From Thalia democratica (lineage: Eukaryota): a DNA stretch of 64,000 nt. The translations under genes were made by a program, and so were the position numbers. Position 1 is the stretch's first letter. The number at the start of each line of letters is the position of its first letter. Location of the stretch: the NCBI GenBank assembly GCA_965202585.1, contig OZ241829.1, positions 61,566,001-61,630,000 on the forward strand. Direction: 5' to 3'. The notes under the pieces are model-generated. The model saw only the letters and a list, made by a program, of their open reading frames with translations, did not search any database and was not told where the DNA came from. Shown in pieces: positions 35,693-47,584 of the stretch.

Positions 35693-38600
35693 TAATATAC
35701 TAAATACTTATAAATTGAACTTTATCTAAAACATTTAAACGCTTTTCATCTCTTCTAAAATACATCCAAACTCTCCTATACTTGCTGTAAATGATGCAAA
35801 AATAAAAAATCAACTAAAAGGTCTGGAGAATTAAAAACAAGTTAAAAGCAAGTTTCAAAGTTATTAAAAAAATTTAAAAAACTATTAATCTATAAAACTT
35901 TTATTAATGTTTTATTTTTTTTTAATAATGATAAACAAAGTTTTAAATCTAAATTGTTTTAAATATTTCAATTAATTTTGTTTCAGAAGTTCTATAAATT
36001 ATTCAGTCTAAATTTTATATACTGTCTGGTTTTGATAGAAATGAAAAACTGCATTTAACACTGTACGCAGTTCTTTATGACAATCTGTAATAAGTTCATA
36101 TAATAATTTAAAGTATCTATAGTTCTGAACTTATTAAAGAAATTAGTAAACGAGTTTAAACAAGTCAACGCTTTTTATAAAAAACTGTTAAATGTTTATC
36201 AAATACATAACTTATATTTACTAAACAAACTCTGGTAAAACTAACTTTTACTAACTTATTAACTTTTTTTTCAAATATTTTATTTTTAAACCAAGTTCAA
36301 CTATAAAAAGTCTGGAAAGCTAATCACAACAGCTAATTACTTTTTTTCACGTAAAAATGTGCCATTAGTCATAAATTTTTATTAATCATATCGAGAACTT
36401 TCGTAATAAAAGTAAATGTTAAAACTTGTTAATTTATTATTAAATTTCGAATATTTACTAATGTTTGACTGTTTTATGATAAAAATAATTATATGAATTA
36501 CTGATATTTTTTAAGCATGTTTTTGTTTTAACTGTATATTTTGAAAGTTATAAAAACATACCGTAGAAAATATGTATTATTTTAGCTTTAAAAAGCTTTT
36601 TTACTGCAGTTCAATTACAAGTTTCTTAAAAATTCAAAAATTTTACTTTTGAAAGGAGAAATATTCAAGTATACTTTTCGGTATAAATGGAGTTATAGTT
36701 TTAAACTTCCTGCTTTCATGTAAGAGCATATTTCAAACTAATTTTCTTACAACTTTTGTAGGTTTTTACACTTAAAGTTGCTTTGTAAAAGTATTAACTT
36801 TTTGTGTTTTTACATAAATCTAATTAATATTCTTATGACTTTAAAAATGATATCTTCAACATAACTAGTTAAAATTATTTAAACAGTGTTTTTGTGTTTG
36901 TTTATATGGTAAGTGTAAAAATCAAAACTTATAAATCTAAAGTTAAAGCATAATTTCAACAACTTTAAACATTGTGATTTTTTTTTGTTAAAACAGACAC
37001 TATAGTATAAAATCTACTACTCCTAGAAATTTTACTTATGAAAAAAAGACATTTATCAATAAAAATAAAGGTTTTCCGAAATTATCTTAAATGTATATAT
37101 TGAAAAAGGTTTAGTTAAAAGGTAAAAAAAAATTTGAATTTTTCTTTTTCAAATACTTTCGATATTTAACATATCTAAGTTTGTAGTAAATATTAAAACA
37201 ATATTTTATAAGTCTAAGAACTATTTGTGCTAAGATTTATTAAAGTGTAAACTATTATAAATCAACTAATGATAATTATTCTTTCATTTAGTGAAACCAA
37301 AAAGTATTTTCTAATACATTTAAATCAAGCTAAAAAATGTTAAAAAAACAACCTGGTTATATTTGTTATATTATATAGTGAAAGAAATTTTGTTTTAATT
37401 AAGTTGCATTATTTCTGATTAGTTTAACAACGTGTACTTGTTTAGAATTTTTTAAGTATAAAACGTTTGCTTTAGATCATGCCGTTTCAAAAGTGTTTTC
37501 CCTCATGAATTTAAAGAATTTTAATGGATAATAAAATTGTATTTTGTTTTTGTTTCATTTAGTAACAAACAGAAAGAGTTGTTTGTAATTTTTCAAACAG
37601 AGGTTAGTTTATACTCTACATGGGTATTAACAGAATAAACCTATTTTACTGTTTTTTAGAATATTTTAAGTTTTATACAAAATGTATATTTACTCTATAC
37701 ACATCAGGTCCTTTGACCACATTTATAAGCGTATATTTTCTTTTTGTGCTAAATAAACTGTGAGTAGAAAAACAATTTTAAACAAAACACTTACCAAAAT
37801 AATCAATTTAAAACCTGCTAGGTAGTAAAATTAGTAAATATGTACTTAATTAATAAAAATCTACAAAAATTCTAAAAAAAGCAAAAAAACAAAGCTCGAA
37901 TTTTGCAAAAAATTATTAAAAAAACTAAGTAATTAACGGTTTTAACAAAAAGACAACATTTCTCTGCAATTTAGGAAGTTGTTTAAATTAGACACAAATT
38001 AAATTAATTCAAGCAACACTTAAATAATCAACAGCATTGAGCATCTTTAGTTTTAATAAATGAAAAATTTTTTAAACAAACAAATTTTAACATTTTAATA
38101 TATGGTATGTTGTAATTTTAATTTATTTCACTAGTTTTTTTCTTTATTTCAGTAGAAAATTTTTCTAAAAAAATATATAAAAACTCTCCTACTGCAATAT
38201 ATATTTATTTTTAATCACAGTGTATTTTCGTATTAGCAACTAGTAGAAAACTTACTTTAAGACGTACAGAAGTGCAAAATGTTAGTAAAAACACCAAAAT
38301 AGAAAAAAATGACACGATTTTTAAAAAGAATAGAGAATTTAGAAGTCACTTGATTTGAAAAGCTAACAGTTACTTTTTTTCGAGTTGGTTTTATATCGTC
38401 TTGGTATATGTTGTTCTTAAACTTTTTTTTTTGTTTACTTTAACTCAAATAACAAAAAAAAAAGTGCGTATTAATTGTATTATTTATTGTCAGGTTTCTG
38501 TGTTAAAAGTTTTTCGATCTTGTTAAATTTTAATAAAGTAGTAGACTGCACTCAACAATGTTGTTAACTTATAATGTTATTCTAAACTTATTCACGCAAG

Positions 38601-38849
38601 AAAATATATACAATATTAAGATGTTGCATGTTAGAAATAAATTAACTTATAAAAGTGTAATTCGGTAACATACTTACTAAATAAATAAATTTACTAAATT
38701 AAGTTAAGGCAACGAGTCAAGTTTAAATGGAATTAAAATTTATCTAAAAAACTTAAGTTTAAAACAAATATCAGCAAAACTCAAAAATCAATGAAAAAGT
38801 TAAAACTCATTACATACTTGTTTTAAATACTTATTCAAGTCTTATCTTT

Positions 38850-39740
38850 TTCTAGTTTATCAATAAAAATGTCTGCATGAGTTCATTAATTCTGTTATTT
38901 TTTTGATGAAATTCTTATCCGATTCGAGTATTAGTAAAGCTTCTTATAAGCACAACCTTAGTGTTTCTGTATTTGATTAATATTTTTTCACATTTTAATA
39001 CTTTCCAACTTGATTAGTAGTACTTGTTTTCAATGTTCAGTTTGTATGACAGTTTTTAAAGTTCAGTGGCTTGTTTGTAGTGGAGGTAATCATCTGGTTT
39101 AGTCTGTTGCTAATAATTTTTTCAGCTAGTTTGCAACTAGTACGATGTATATTTTAAATTTGTTTTCTGTTTTAATTGTTGCCTGGTAAATAAAGTCTCT
39201 GCCCTACATTCTACTTCTTCAAGGGGAAATGTTTGTTTCTTTCTACAGTTTCTTCATAATGTTTTTTATCAAATTAAAGTATGATTAAGGAGGTTGGTAT
39301 TATTTCTAAGTAGTTAATCTTCCAAGAGGGTTTTTCTTTTATAAAATTCATGCTGATTTTTTAGTAATTTTATGTATGTTTTCTTTATTTATTATGTTTC
39401 TACATTGTTTAATTACTTTTCTATACCTATTAGTTCGTCGTCTCTGTATAGTCCTATTATTAAATTTGGTATGAAATATAGTCCCTGAAGAATTTATAAA
39501 CCTAATACGCCAGAGACTTCTGTTCAATGTTTTCTACCCATTGTGTTATCAAAAAATTAATTTTCATCTTTGATTTTTTTCTTTTTATCCGTACTTCTTC
39601 TTAGGTTATGTAATACTAATTTTAATGCGTTAAAGATTATCTTTTTATCTCATATTTTTACTTGTTTAGTTTTGTTGGCAAAATATAAAGCATCCTTTGA
39701 TATACTTTCTGTTATTTATGGATAAAAACTTAAAAAACTA
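38850..39740 (-). mobile_element. decayed Penelope-like retroelement (RT 3' half plus GIY-YIG endonuclease)
   Basis: Minus-strand remnants with stops and frameshifts: FYP*ITE, FDNTMG, GLYRDD, NCRKKQTFPL, QATEL, WKVLK, KITELMNSCRH. Confidence 0.8.
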
Positions 39741-39840
39741 GTTGACTATAACTTTAAAAACTGTTTTAGCATTTAAAACTTACTTCTTACGTTACGTCAA
39801 TTATATTGTTTATTTAACGATAAAAAAAAAACTTAAAAAG

Positions 39841-39886
39841 TTTGGTCTAAGGACCTGGTGTACAAAGGAACTTTTCGGTTATCGAG
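39841..39886 (-). mobile_element. SINE-like family F, partial inverted copy
   Basis: TTTGGTCTAAGGACCTGGTGTACAAAGGAACTTTTCGGTTATCGAG is the reverse complement of the family core. Confidence 0.6.
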
Positions 39887-41456
39887 TTTTTATCGAGTAA
39901 TCTATAAGGATAAAAGATAAGCGTATTTTATACTTAAAAATACTACTATCAATTCCCTTTCATAAGTTCCAAAATAAGTCGTTTTACATCGAAATAACTT
40001 TGATTTTTGAAGTTTAATTTAAAATAAAATACAAAATAAAATATAATTAGCTATTAATGAATAATAAGTATAAATACATAATGAATAACTAATAAGTATT
40101 TACAAGTTTGTACTTTTAATACTGTTATCGAACTTGAATAAAATGTTGTCAGATGAAAAGTAAACTATGTAAAGTATATAAGAATTAAGAACTACATCTA
40201 AACTTAAATTTAATATGTTTTGATAAAATCAAAAGTCTTGTTGGTAACGTGTTGTTAACATTTTCGCCTAAATGAGTTCTTTTCACTCAGTAAAATTAAA
40301 TAGTTTTAATGTGTTATTAATTCACACTTAAGTTAACATATATAAACTTATAGTTATACATGTTTTTTTCAGTTTCAACTGAAAAGTCGCGTCAGGTGGC
40401 GCAAAAGAGACAAAATATTTTACAATTGGTATCTAAGTTTTGAATTTTAAACAAATTAGTTATTAATATTAGTTCAAGAAAAGTTTTAGTACACATGACA
40501 AGAATTTAATGTTTAATTTCAAATACGCATTTTAAGTGAAATGAAATAAACTATTTAGATGTAAACAGACAACCTATTTATGTTTTTGCACCAACAAATA
40601 ATCTCATAAAAGAAAAGCCATGGTATATGAAGATCGTTTTTAACAATTAAATGACAGTATAAATTTTGATAGAAAACTGTATTATTAAAATACTGAAACT
40701 TTTTTGCAAATTTCTTTAAAGAAATATTTTAAGTATTTACACTAAATAAATTCAATAATTTTAAACTTATTGACTTATAGGCAAAAACTAGTTTGTCTAG
40801 ATCTAGAACTCTATTTCAAACTTAGTTTTTCAAATTTCTCAGAAAAAAGTATTAAATCATTAGTTTCCGTCAAAAAGTAATACAATCTAATTTAATCAGA
40901 TAAAAATATACATTTCAAATGTGTATTTAAACATAAACTAGTGTATTTAGCACTGATAAAACTTTAAAAAAAGTTTAACTTTTTTGTTTGTAAATAACTA
41001 ATTGCAACAAGTTCTGTAATATAAAAGAGCTGGTAGTTTTTTTATTCAAACCTTTTATTTTAAATACGTTACAGTAAAAGTAAACATAAATTTTGGGTTG
41101 CCTTCAGTAAGTAAAACAAAGTGAAACTTTCTAACACGGATTCTAAATTATGATTTGTTTAAAACAATCGGCAGTTTTTATAATGTTGACTTTATATCTA
41201 CTTAATTAATTTTTTAGCACATTTTTATAACAGCCGTTTTTGTACCTAAATACTAAATAAGACTGACGCAGTTTCACTATCTATTGGATATTAAAAAATA
41301 CTCGAAATCAGACAACTTTTGAATTATTTTTGTTAAACTAAAAATACTTCAACAGCTTTTACATTACACTTTTTTATGTAATGAAATATATTATTTTTAT
41401 TAAGGTTTAAACAATAAATTTCTAGAGAGCTTCACACTTAAGGAGCCTTTATAAAA

Positions 41457-41664
41457 TTAAGACAAAAGTTAAATTGAGTTTATTACTTAACAATTGTTTC
41501 ACGCTAAAGCGATCATCACAAGTAAAAAAGTAAACAACATAAAAAAAACTATATATTGTGTTTGTCATTTGCAACTTGTTAGTTTGTATACTTTTTTACT
41601 TGTGATCATCGCTTTAGCGTGAAAAAATTGTTAAGTAATAAACTTAATTTAACTTTTGTCTTAA
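41457..41664. repeat. long imperfect palindrome
   Basis: 76-nt arms 41457-41532 / 41589-41664 with 3 mismatches and a 56-nt loop. Confidence 0.9.
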
Positions 41665-41862
41665 CTGTACGTTATTTTCAACCTTAACTTTGACGTTTAG
41701 TAAATAAATACTAAAAATATTATTTTATTTGAAATATCATGCTGTGATATTGTAATTTAAAATGTTTACGTATGTAGCAACTGAGTTATAGAAATTGATG
41801 TAGGTCAAACATACCTTTTATTTTAAGTATATAGGTAAAAAATACCTTTTATTTTTAGTATT

Positions 41863-41983
41863 GTCGTGGACAAGACGTTAAAGGGTATTCGTGTCGTGCG
41901 ACTCAACAATCAAAAGGTTCTTCGTTCACCAGGTCCTTGGACCAAATATTTTGAACGTCTATTTTTGTCGTTTAATAAACTAT
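41863..41983 (+). mobile_element. SINE-like family F copy
   Basis: GTCGTGGACAAGACGTTAAAGGGTATTCG..GTGCGACTC..CACCAGGTCCTTGGACCAAATATTTTGAACG..AATAAACTAT. Confidence 0.8.
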
Positions 41984-43867
41984 TCAAAGTTTAAAAACAA
42001 GTTATTCAAATACATCAGAGCACAGAGTAGAGTTCTCAAAACATGAAAGGAATTAAATTATTTATTTCGCTGTAGGCTTGTAAGCTTACAAGCTTGTAAA
42101 GCTTGTAAGTTCTCAAAAGTACTTATTGTTTAGTTTGTGCTTGATTTAAATGGTTGACTTTTTGTTAAAAACTTCAAACAATTGATTTTTTAGATGTTCA
42201 AGAAAGTTCATTAAGTTAGTTTTTTTGTTCTAAAAAAAAAAAATTACCTTATAAATTTATTTTGTTTTACCTTAAAACTGTTTTAAGTACATCTTGAAAA
42301 GTTTTAGTGCTGCTTTAATTTTTATTAATATTTTTAAACTGCAGCAAAAGACTTATTTCAAATTTTATAAGTATAATAAAAAAAGATTAATAAAAATTCC
42401 CAGCATACTAAAATAAATTTAAACAAAGTAAAGGCTTTTATATACAAAAAACGATAATATTGATATTTTAATAAGAATATTTTTTACGTTTGCAGACAGG
42501 TAATGCTACTTCAAGTATGTTGATTATGTTGAAACTACTTTAAAACACACAGTTTTAAATTTTTTATGTATCTATACTGCAGGCTTATTATCCTTGTTAG
42601 CTTCATATTTTATACAAAATAGTTTTGATGTGCACTTGATAATACTTAATCTAAAGCTAAACTGTTGTTTAAAAACAAAATTTTGAATTTTTTTGTTGCT
42701 TTATCAATTAAAAATAACAAAGTTTAGTTGTATATAAGTAGTTTTAATTAAAATTTTGTGTTGAAATTAAAATCTTTACATAAAATGTACCTAAAATTAT
42801 TGCAATAAAAAATATTTTGGTAAGTTTATACAACTAGTTTAAATAAATAAACTTTAGTTTAAAACAAAAGTAAAATGATAAAAAGATAATTTTTTTTAAA
42901 TGATTTAACTTTATTTTGACGATCTTAGTCTTTAAATAATTATAATTTTTATAATAAATTTAAATACATAGATAATTAAAGAATCATTACAAGTACAAAG
43001 TTAGTTTAACTATAAAAAACATGCAAAACATTGTTGAATGTAGTATATGAGCTAGTTTAGCAAGTTTATTAAACTCAAGATAACTTGTTATTTGGTAGTA
43101 AGCTGTAAAAAATTTTGAAAATTCACTTTATTTTTGATGTTTTGGAAGTTCTTGATTTTTTTGCCCAGAATTTTCATGCAAAAAAATGTTGTTAAACTTT
43201 AAAAACGTAACGAAGTTGCTTTGATTCAATTAATTATACCTTTAATAAATTATATTTGATTTTACAACTATTATACATATATTTATTTATTTACATATTT
43301 TTGTTCATAAAGCTTAAACATAAAATTTTGGCTTGTAAAACATGTACTACCTTTGACAATAAAATTATTTTCAATTTTATATTAGTATAGTAGGCAAGAG
43401 TTGAATAAACAAGCATTGATTTTTGTAAAAGATAAAAGATGAATATCTATTTGTTTTTGTTAATTCAAAAAAAAAGTTTTACTTTGTTTTTTTTAAATAC
43501 CTGTCACGGCAATATCATAATGAATTTAAACATATTTTGCATCAGTTGAACATTTCTTTTTACATGAGTTTTTAAAGAAATTAAGTAGTATGCTGTCTGT
43601 AGAATTGACAGCAAAGTTGAGTAATTTGGTATTGATATTTTGACAAGCAAGCGATTATCGCTTTTCAAACTTGAGCTGCTTATGTTTCCTTGTAGTTTAT
43701 AAATATTAAAAACGATAAGTACCATCAGATGTAATTATACATAAAAAATTGTTCAAAATTAAATTAATTTCTTTAAAAACCTAACGTTGCCAAGTTTGTC
43801 TTAAGCAATAGCTGCAACTTTAAATTAGATAAGAAATTAGAATGAAGCCTGTTTTAACTATATAAAG

Positions 43868-43993
43868 GTCCTGGACAAGACGTTAAAAGGTATCCGTAGT
43901 GTGCGACTCCATAACCGAAATATTCTTTTTCTTTGTGCACGAGGTCCTAGGACAAAATATTTTGAGCGCGTTTTTTGTCGCTCAATAAACTAT
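43868..43993 (+). mobile_element. SINE-like family F copy
   Basis: GTCCTGGACAAGACGTTAAAAGGTATCCG..GTGTGCGACTC..GTGCACGAGGTCCTAGGACAAAATATTTTGAGCG..CGCTCAATAAACTAT. Confidence 0.8.
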
Positions 43994-44784
43994 ATATAAC
44001 TATGTTTATAAATTTTTTTGAAGATTAACTAAAGAAGAAAACAAAAAAAAAATTTTGTTACTATTTTTTAATAAATTTCTTATTAATAAATCTCATTTTA
44101 GCATAAAATGTTCATTTAATAATGTGCAAATAAAAAAAAATAAAGATTTAAACTTTTATTCCAAGTTCTAATTGTTGTAGTTTACTAAAAGTTAATCTTA
44201 TATTTCTAATTACAAGCAATCTATAGATATAATACTTTTTTAACACCTCAATGTTTTCTTTAAATTAGAAGTATAATTTCCTTTACACTTATAGAGTATC
44301 TAAGTTGAAACTATCTTGTTACTTTTAACGTGTACATTAGTGTAGTTCAACAACACAAAAAAAAAATTAAGAAAAAAACAACTTTAATTTTATATGTAGA
44401 GCTTAACAAATTTTTTGAAATAGAGACTAGTTTTAGATACATGTATACTAAAAACTTGTAAAATTTAAAAAGCTATTTAGGAAAGGATGTGGGCGTTAAG
44501 GAAACGTAGACTCTTTCATTATAAATTTGTTTTGTTCTTGTGTTTAGTTACAAAACTTAAACTACAAAAATATTTTAAACGTCAATAGAAGTACAGAGTT
44601 AAACCATAATTTAAAGAACACTACCAATGCAAAATACTAAAAACTAAACCTACGTTACATAATTAACTATTTTTTATTTATCATTCTCAAGAGGTAAACT
44701 TTTCATCAATAATCATATTGAAAACTTACTAAATATATTCACACTTTATAAAGAGTAGCACCTAAACAATTTTTTTATTTTTTA

Positions 44785-44904
44785 GTCCTGGAAAAGACGT
44801 TAAAAGGTATCCATGGTGTGCGACTCGATGACTGAAAGGTTTTTTGTGCACCAGGTCCCAGGACCAAATATTTTGAGCGTCTTTTTTTTCAATCAATAAA
44901 CTAT
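44785..44904 (+). mobile_element. SINE-like family F copy
   Basis: GTCCTGGAAAAGACGTTAAAAGGTATCCATGGTGTGCGACTCG..GTGCACCAGGTCCCAGGACCAAATATTTTGAGCG..AATAAACTAT. Confidence 0.8.
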
Positions 44905-45280
44905 ATAATTATACTTTTTAATGTTATAATGTTTGGTATATACATTACAAAGACGACAACTGTTTATAAACTACCAATTAATATTTACAAGAGAAGTCAT
45001 ACTTGGTATATAAAGTCTGTAGATAAAAAGTTAACTAAAAACACATGTTTCAGATACTTTATTCACTTAGTAATATACTGTAATGAAATTAAAGTTAATC
45101 AAGAATTTAAAATCTGTTCAAAATAGGTAATTTTGTTTGTATTAATATTAATTACACTAAATGATATAAGCATTAAAGCAGCAAAATAATTACAGAGAAA
45201 AAAAATAATAATAGTTTAAGAAGTAAAGAAAAATCCCTTTTAACCTAGTGTTTTACCTAATAGATTTTTTTAACAAATTA

Positions 45281-45613
45281 CAGGGTTGCCAAAAACCATG
45301 AAACCTAAAAATACCTGTAATTTCGTAGTTTAGGCAAAAAAAAAGTAAAACCAATGAATTCTAAACAGTTTTTACATGTAAAATAACGAAACTTAGACTA
45401 GAAATAAAAAATCTATCATGCACCAAACTTTATCTTTGTTATTCATAATTTTTATTATTAAGCACATACAAAGTAGCATAACAGTATCTTTTTTAAATCA
45501 ATTAATTTTAAAAATTTAACCTTATAGATAAAAAAGACTTAAAAACCTATACTTTCAAAAAACTGGAATAAATTTAGAAAACTTGGAATTTTTTTTAAAC
45601 TTTTGCAACCCTG
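45281..45613. mobile_element. MITE family B
   Basis: TA|CAGGGTTGCCAAAA...TTTTGCAACCCTG|TA; internal similarity to 20174-20552. Confidence 0.8.
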
Positions 45614-46097
45614 TAGATTATCATATTAAAAATTGTATTACACCAAATTATTTTTAAAACAAAAGAAAATAAACTAAATGCGACATTTACAGTTAATTTT
45701 AATTAGTACTTAAACAGCTGAACTAATATAAAACTTTCATTTTTTGTTATTATTTGATAATACTAACATGTCCCGATGCAAAATTATAATTTTTTAAATA
45801 AGTTTTAAATATCAAAAGATATATAAGTTACTAACATAATGAGTTTTTAAACATTTTATAGGTTGTTTGAGAAAATAAGCCTTCCACTTACTTCCATAAG
45901 ACTTTAAACTTAAATTGCTAGTACATACATAAAAATAAGTGAGAATACTGCAGTAACTTTAAACTTGAAACTGCAGTTTAATTAAAAAGATATTAAACAT
46001 TTTGTTATTTAAATGGACACAAACCAAAAGTGGGTACTAAGTAGTCCTTGTCTAAAATTTCAAACATTAATAGTAACTTAATGAGTATAAGAAAAAA

Positions 46098-46163
46098 TAC
46101 TTTGTCAAAGGACCTGGCTCCTGGGTGCACGAAAAAACCTTTCGGTAATCAAGTCGCACACCC
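46098..46163 (-). mobile_element. SINE-like family F, partial inverted copy
   Basis: AGGACCTGG..GGTGCACGAAAAAACCTTTCGGTAATCAAGTCGCACACC. Confidence 0.65.
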
Positions 46164-47584
46164 AACTTCATTCAAAATTATAACGAGCTAAAAAATAAAA
46201 AAACTTATCTGTCAAAATTTAAACTTCAAAACAAAAAACCCTATGAAACTTTATAAATGAGATTATGAAACTTTACACTTTTAAACTGCTTTTTGAACAA
46301 AAATATTTAAAAAGGCAAATACTTTTGGACATAGTGCTTTAAAACACTTCAGAAAAAGTTGACCGCCTGCCTCGGTCGAATAGTTTGAAAGAAAGATTTA
46401 AACTTCAACTAGAAACGATGGACTTCAACTAAAAATTTTTTTTGTATTAAACTTGGCTTTGGTTTCCCCAGTTAAAACTTTCGAAAATGTTTAGTGGCTG
46501 TAAAGTATTTTAACAAAAAAATCGTTTTTAAACTATTTCGAGGATTTTAGCACATCCTGCATATTTTTTAGAATTTTAAACAGTGTAATTAGTTTAACAT
46601 AGTATTAAATGCATACACAAACATTCTAGTAAAATTAAAATATCATATTCTAACAATTTCTAATAGTATATATTTTTAATAAATTACTAAATGGAATACA
46701 AAATAAAAATAATAAAGTTTGTTTACTTTGAAACTTTTAGTATGTTAACTAGTGGACGTAAAAATGTATTCATTATTTTTAAAATGTAGGGTTAATTTAA
46801 AAAACAGATATAGTTTACAAAATAAACATGTTTTTAACTTATAGTCGCAAAAAAAAGTTTCTTATGTAGTTTAAAATTTTCTGTAAACAATTTCTTTCTC
46901 AATTATTTTCATATATTTTTTATAATTAATGATACTATATTTAGAATGATTTTACAAAATCTATTCTATTTATTATTTAAAAATTTCACAAAATATTTAT
47001 ATGTATTTCTAAAAACATAACACAATTTCTAAGTTTAACGTTTTAAACTTGAATTTTTTTTAAATTATTTAAAAAGTTTTAAAGATAAACTTTTTTCGTC
47101 ATCTATAATTATAAGCTTTTAAAATAAAAATGAACAATCATAATTTTCTACCTCAGTTTAAAAGTTTTTAAACTTAGTTTATGATATTATACAGAAAACC
47201 CATTTTTAGCAGTTGTTATTATTTTTAAAGCCAACCCCCAAAAACAATACTGAGAATATTGCTTATAAAAAAAAAACTAAAAACTTTGTATATAAATTGT
47301 CTTATAAAATTAAGCTGTTATTAAAAGTAATAAAAGCTGAATTGTAACTCAATTTCGATTTTTTATATTAATTAACTTTTTGTTTAGTTTAAATAATTGT
47401 AAAGATTCCTTTGTTTGTATTTTTTATTATTTTTATTCATTTACTTCAGATTTAATTTTTATGATTTTGACAAACCTTGTGGCTCTTAATGATGAAACTT
47501 GAATTTTGTTATTTGTTATTGAATTATTAAACAATAACTAATATTATTATTTTTGAACCACAAAACTAGATTTAAAGTTTTCAA

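Noticed and set aside
40371-40622. Two exon-like stretches on the plus strand (..SRVRWRKRDK.., ..QPIYVFAPTNNLIKEKPW)
   Set aside because: Joining them creates a stop and no consistent gene model could be built
43504-43725. 73-aa minus-strand ORF faintly like a hAT transposase C-terminus
   Set aside because: Similarity too weak to support by eye
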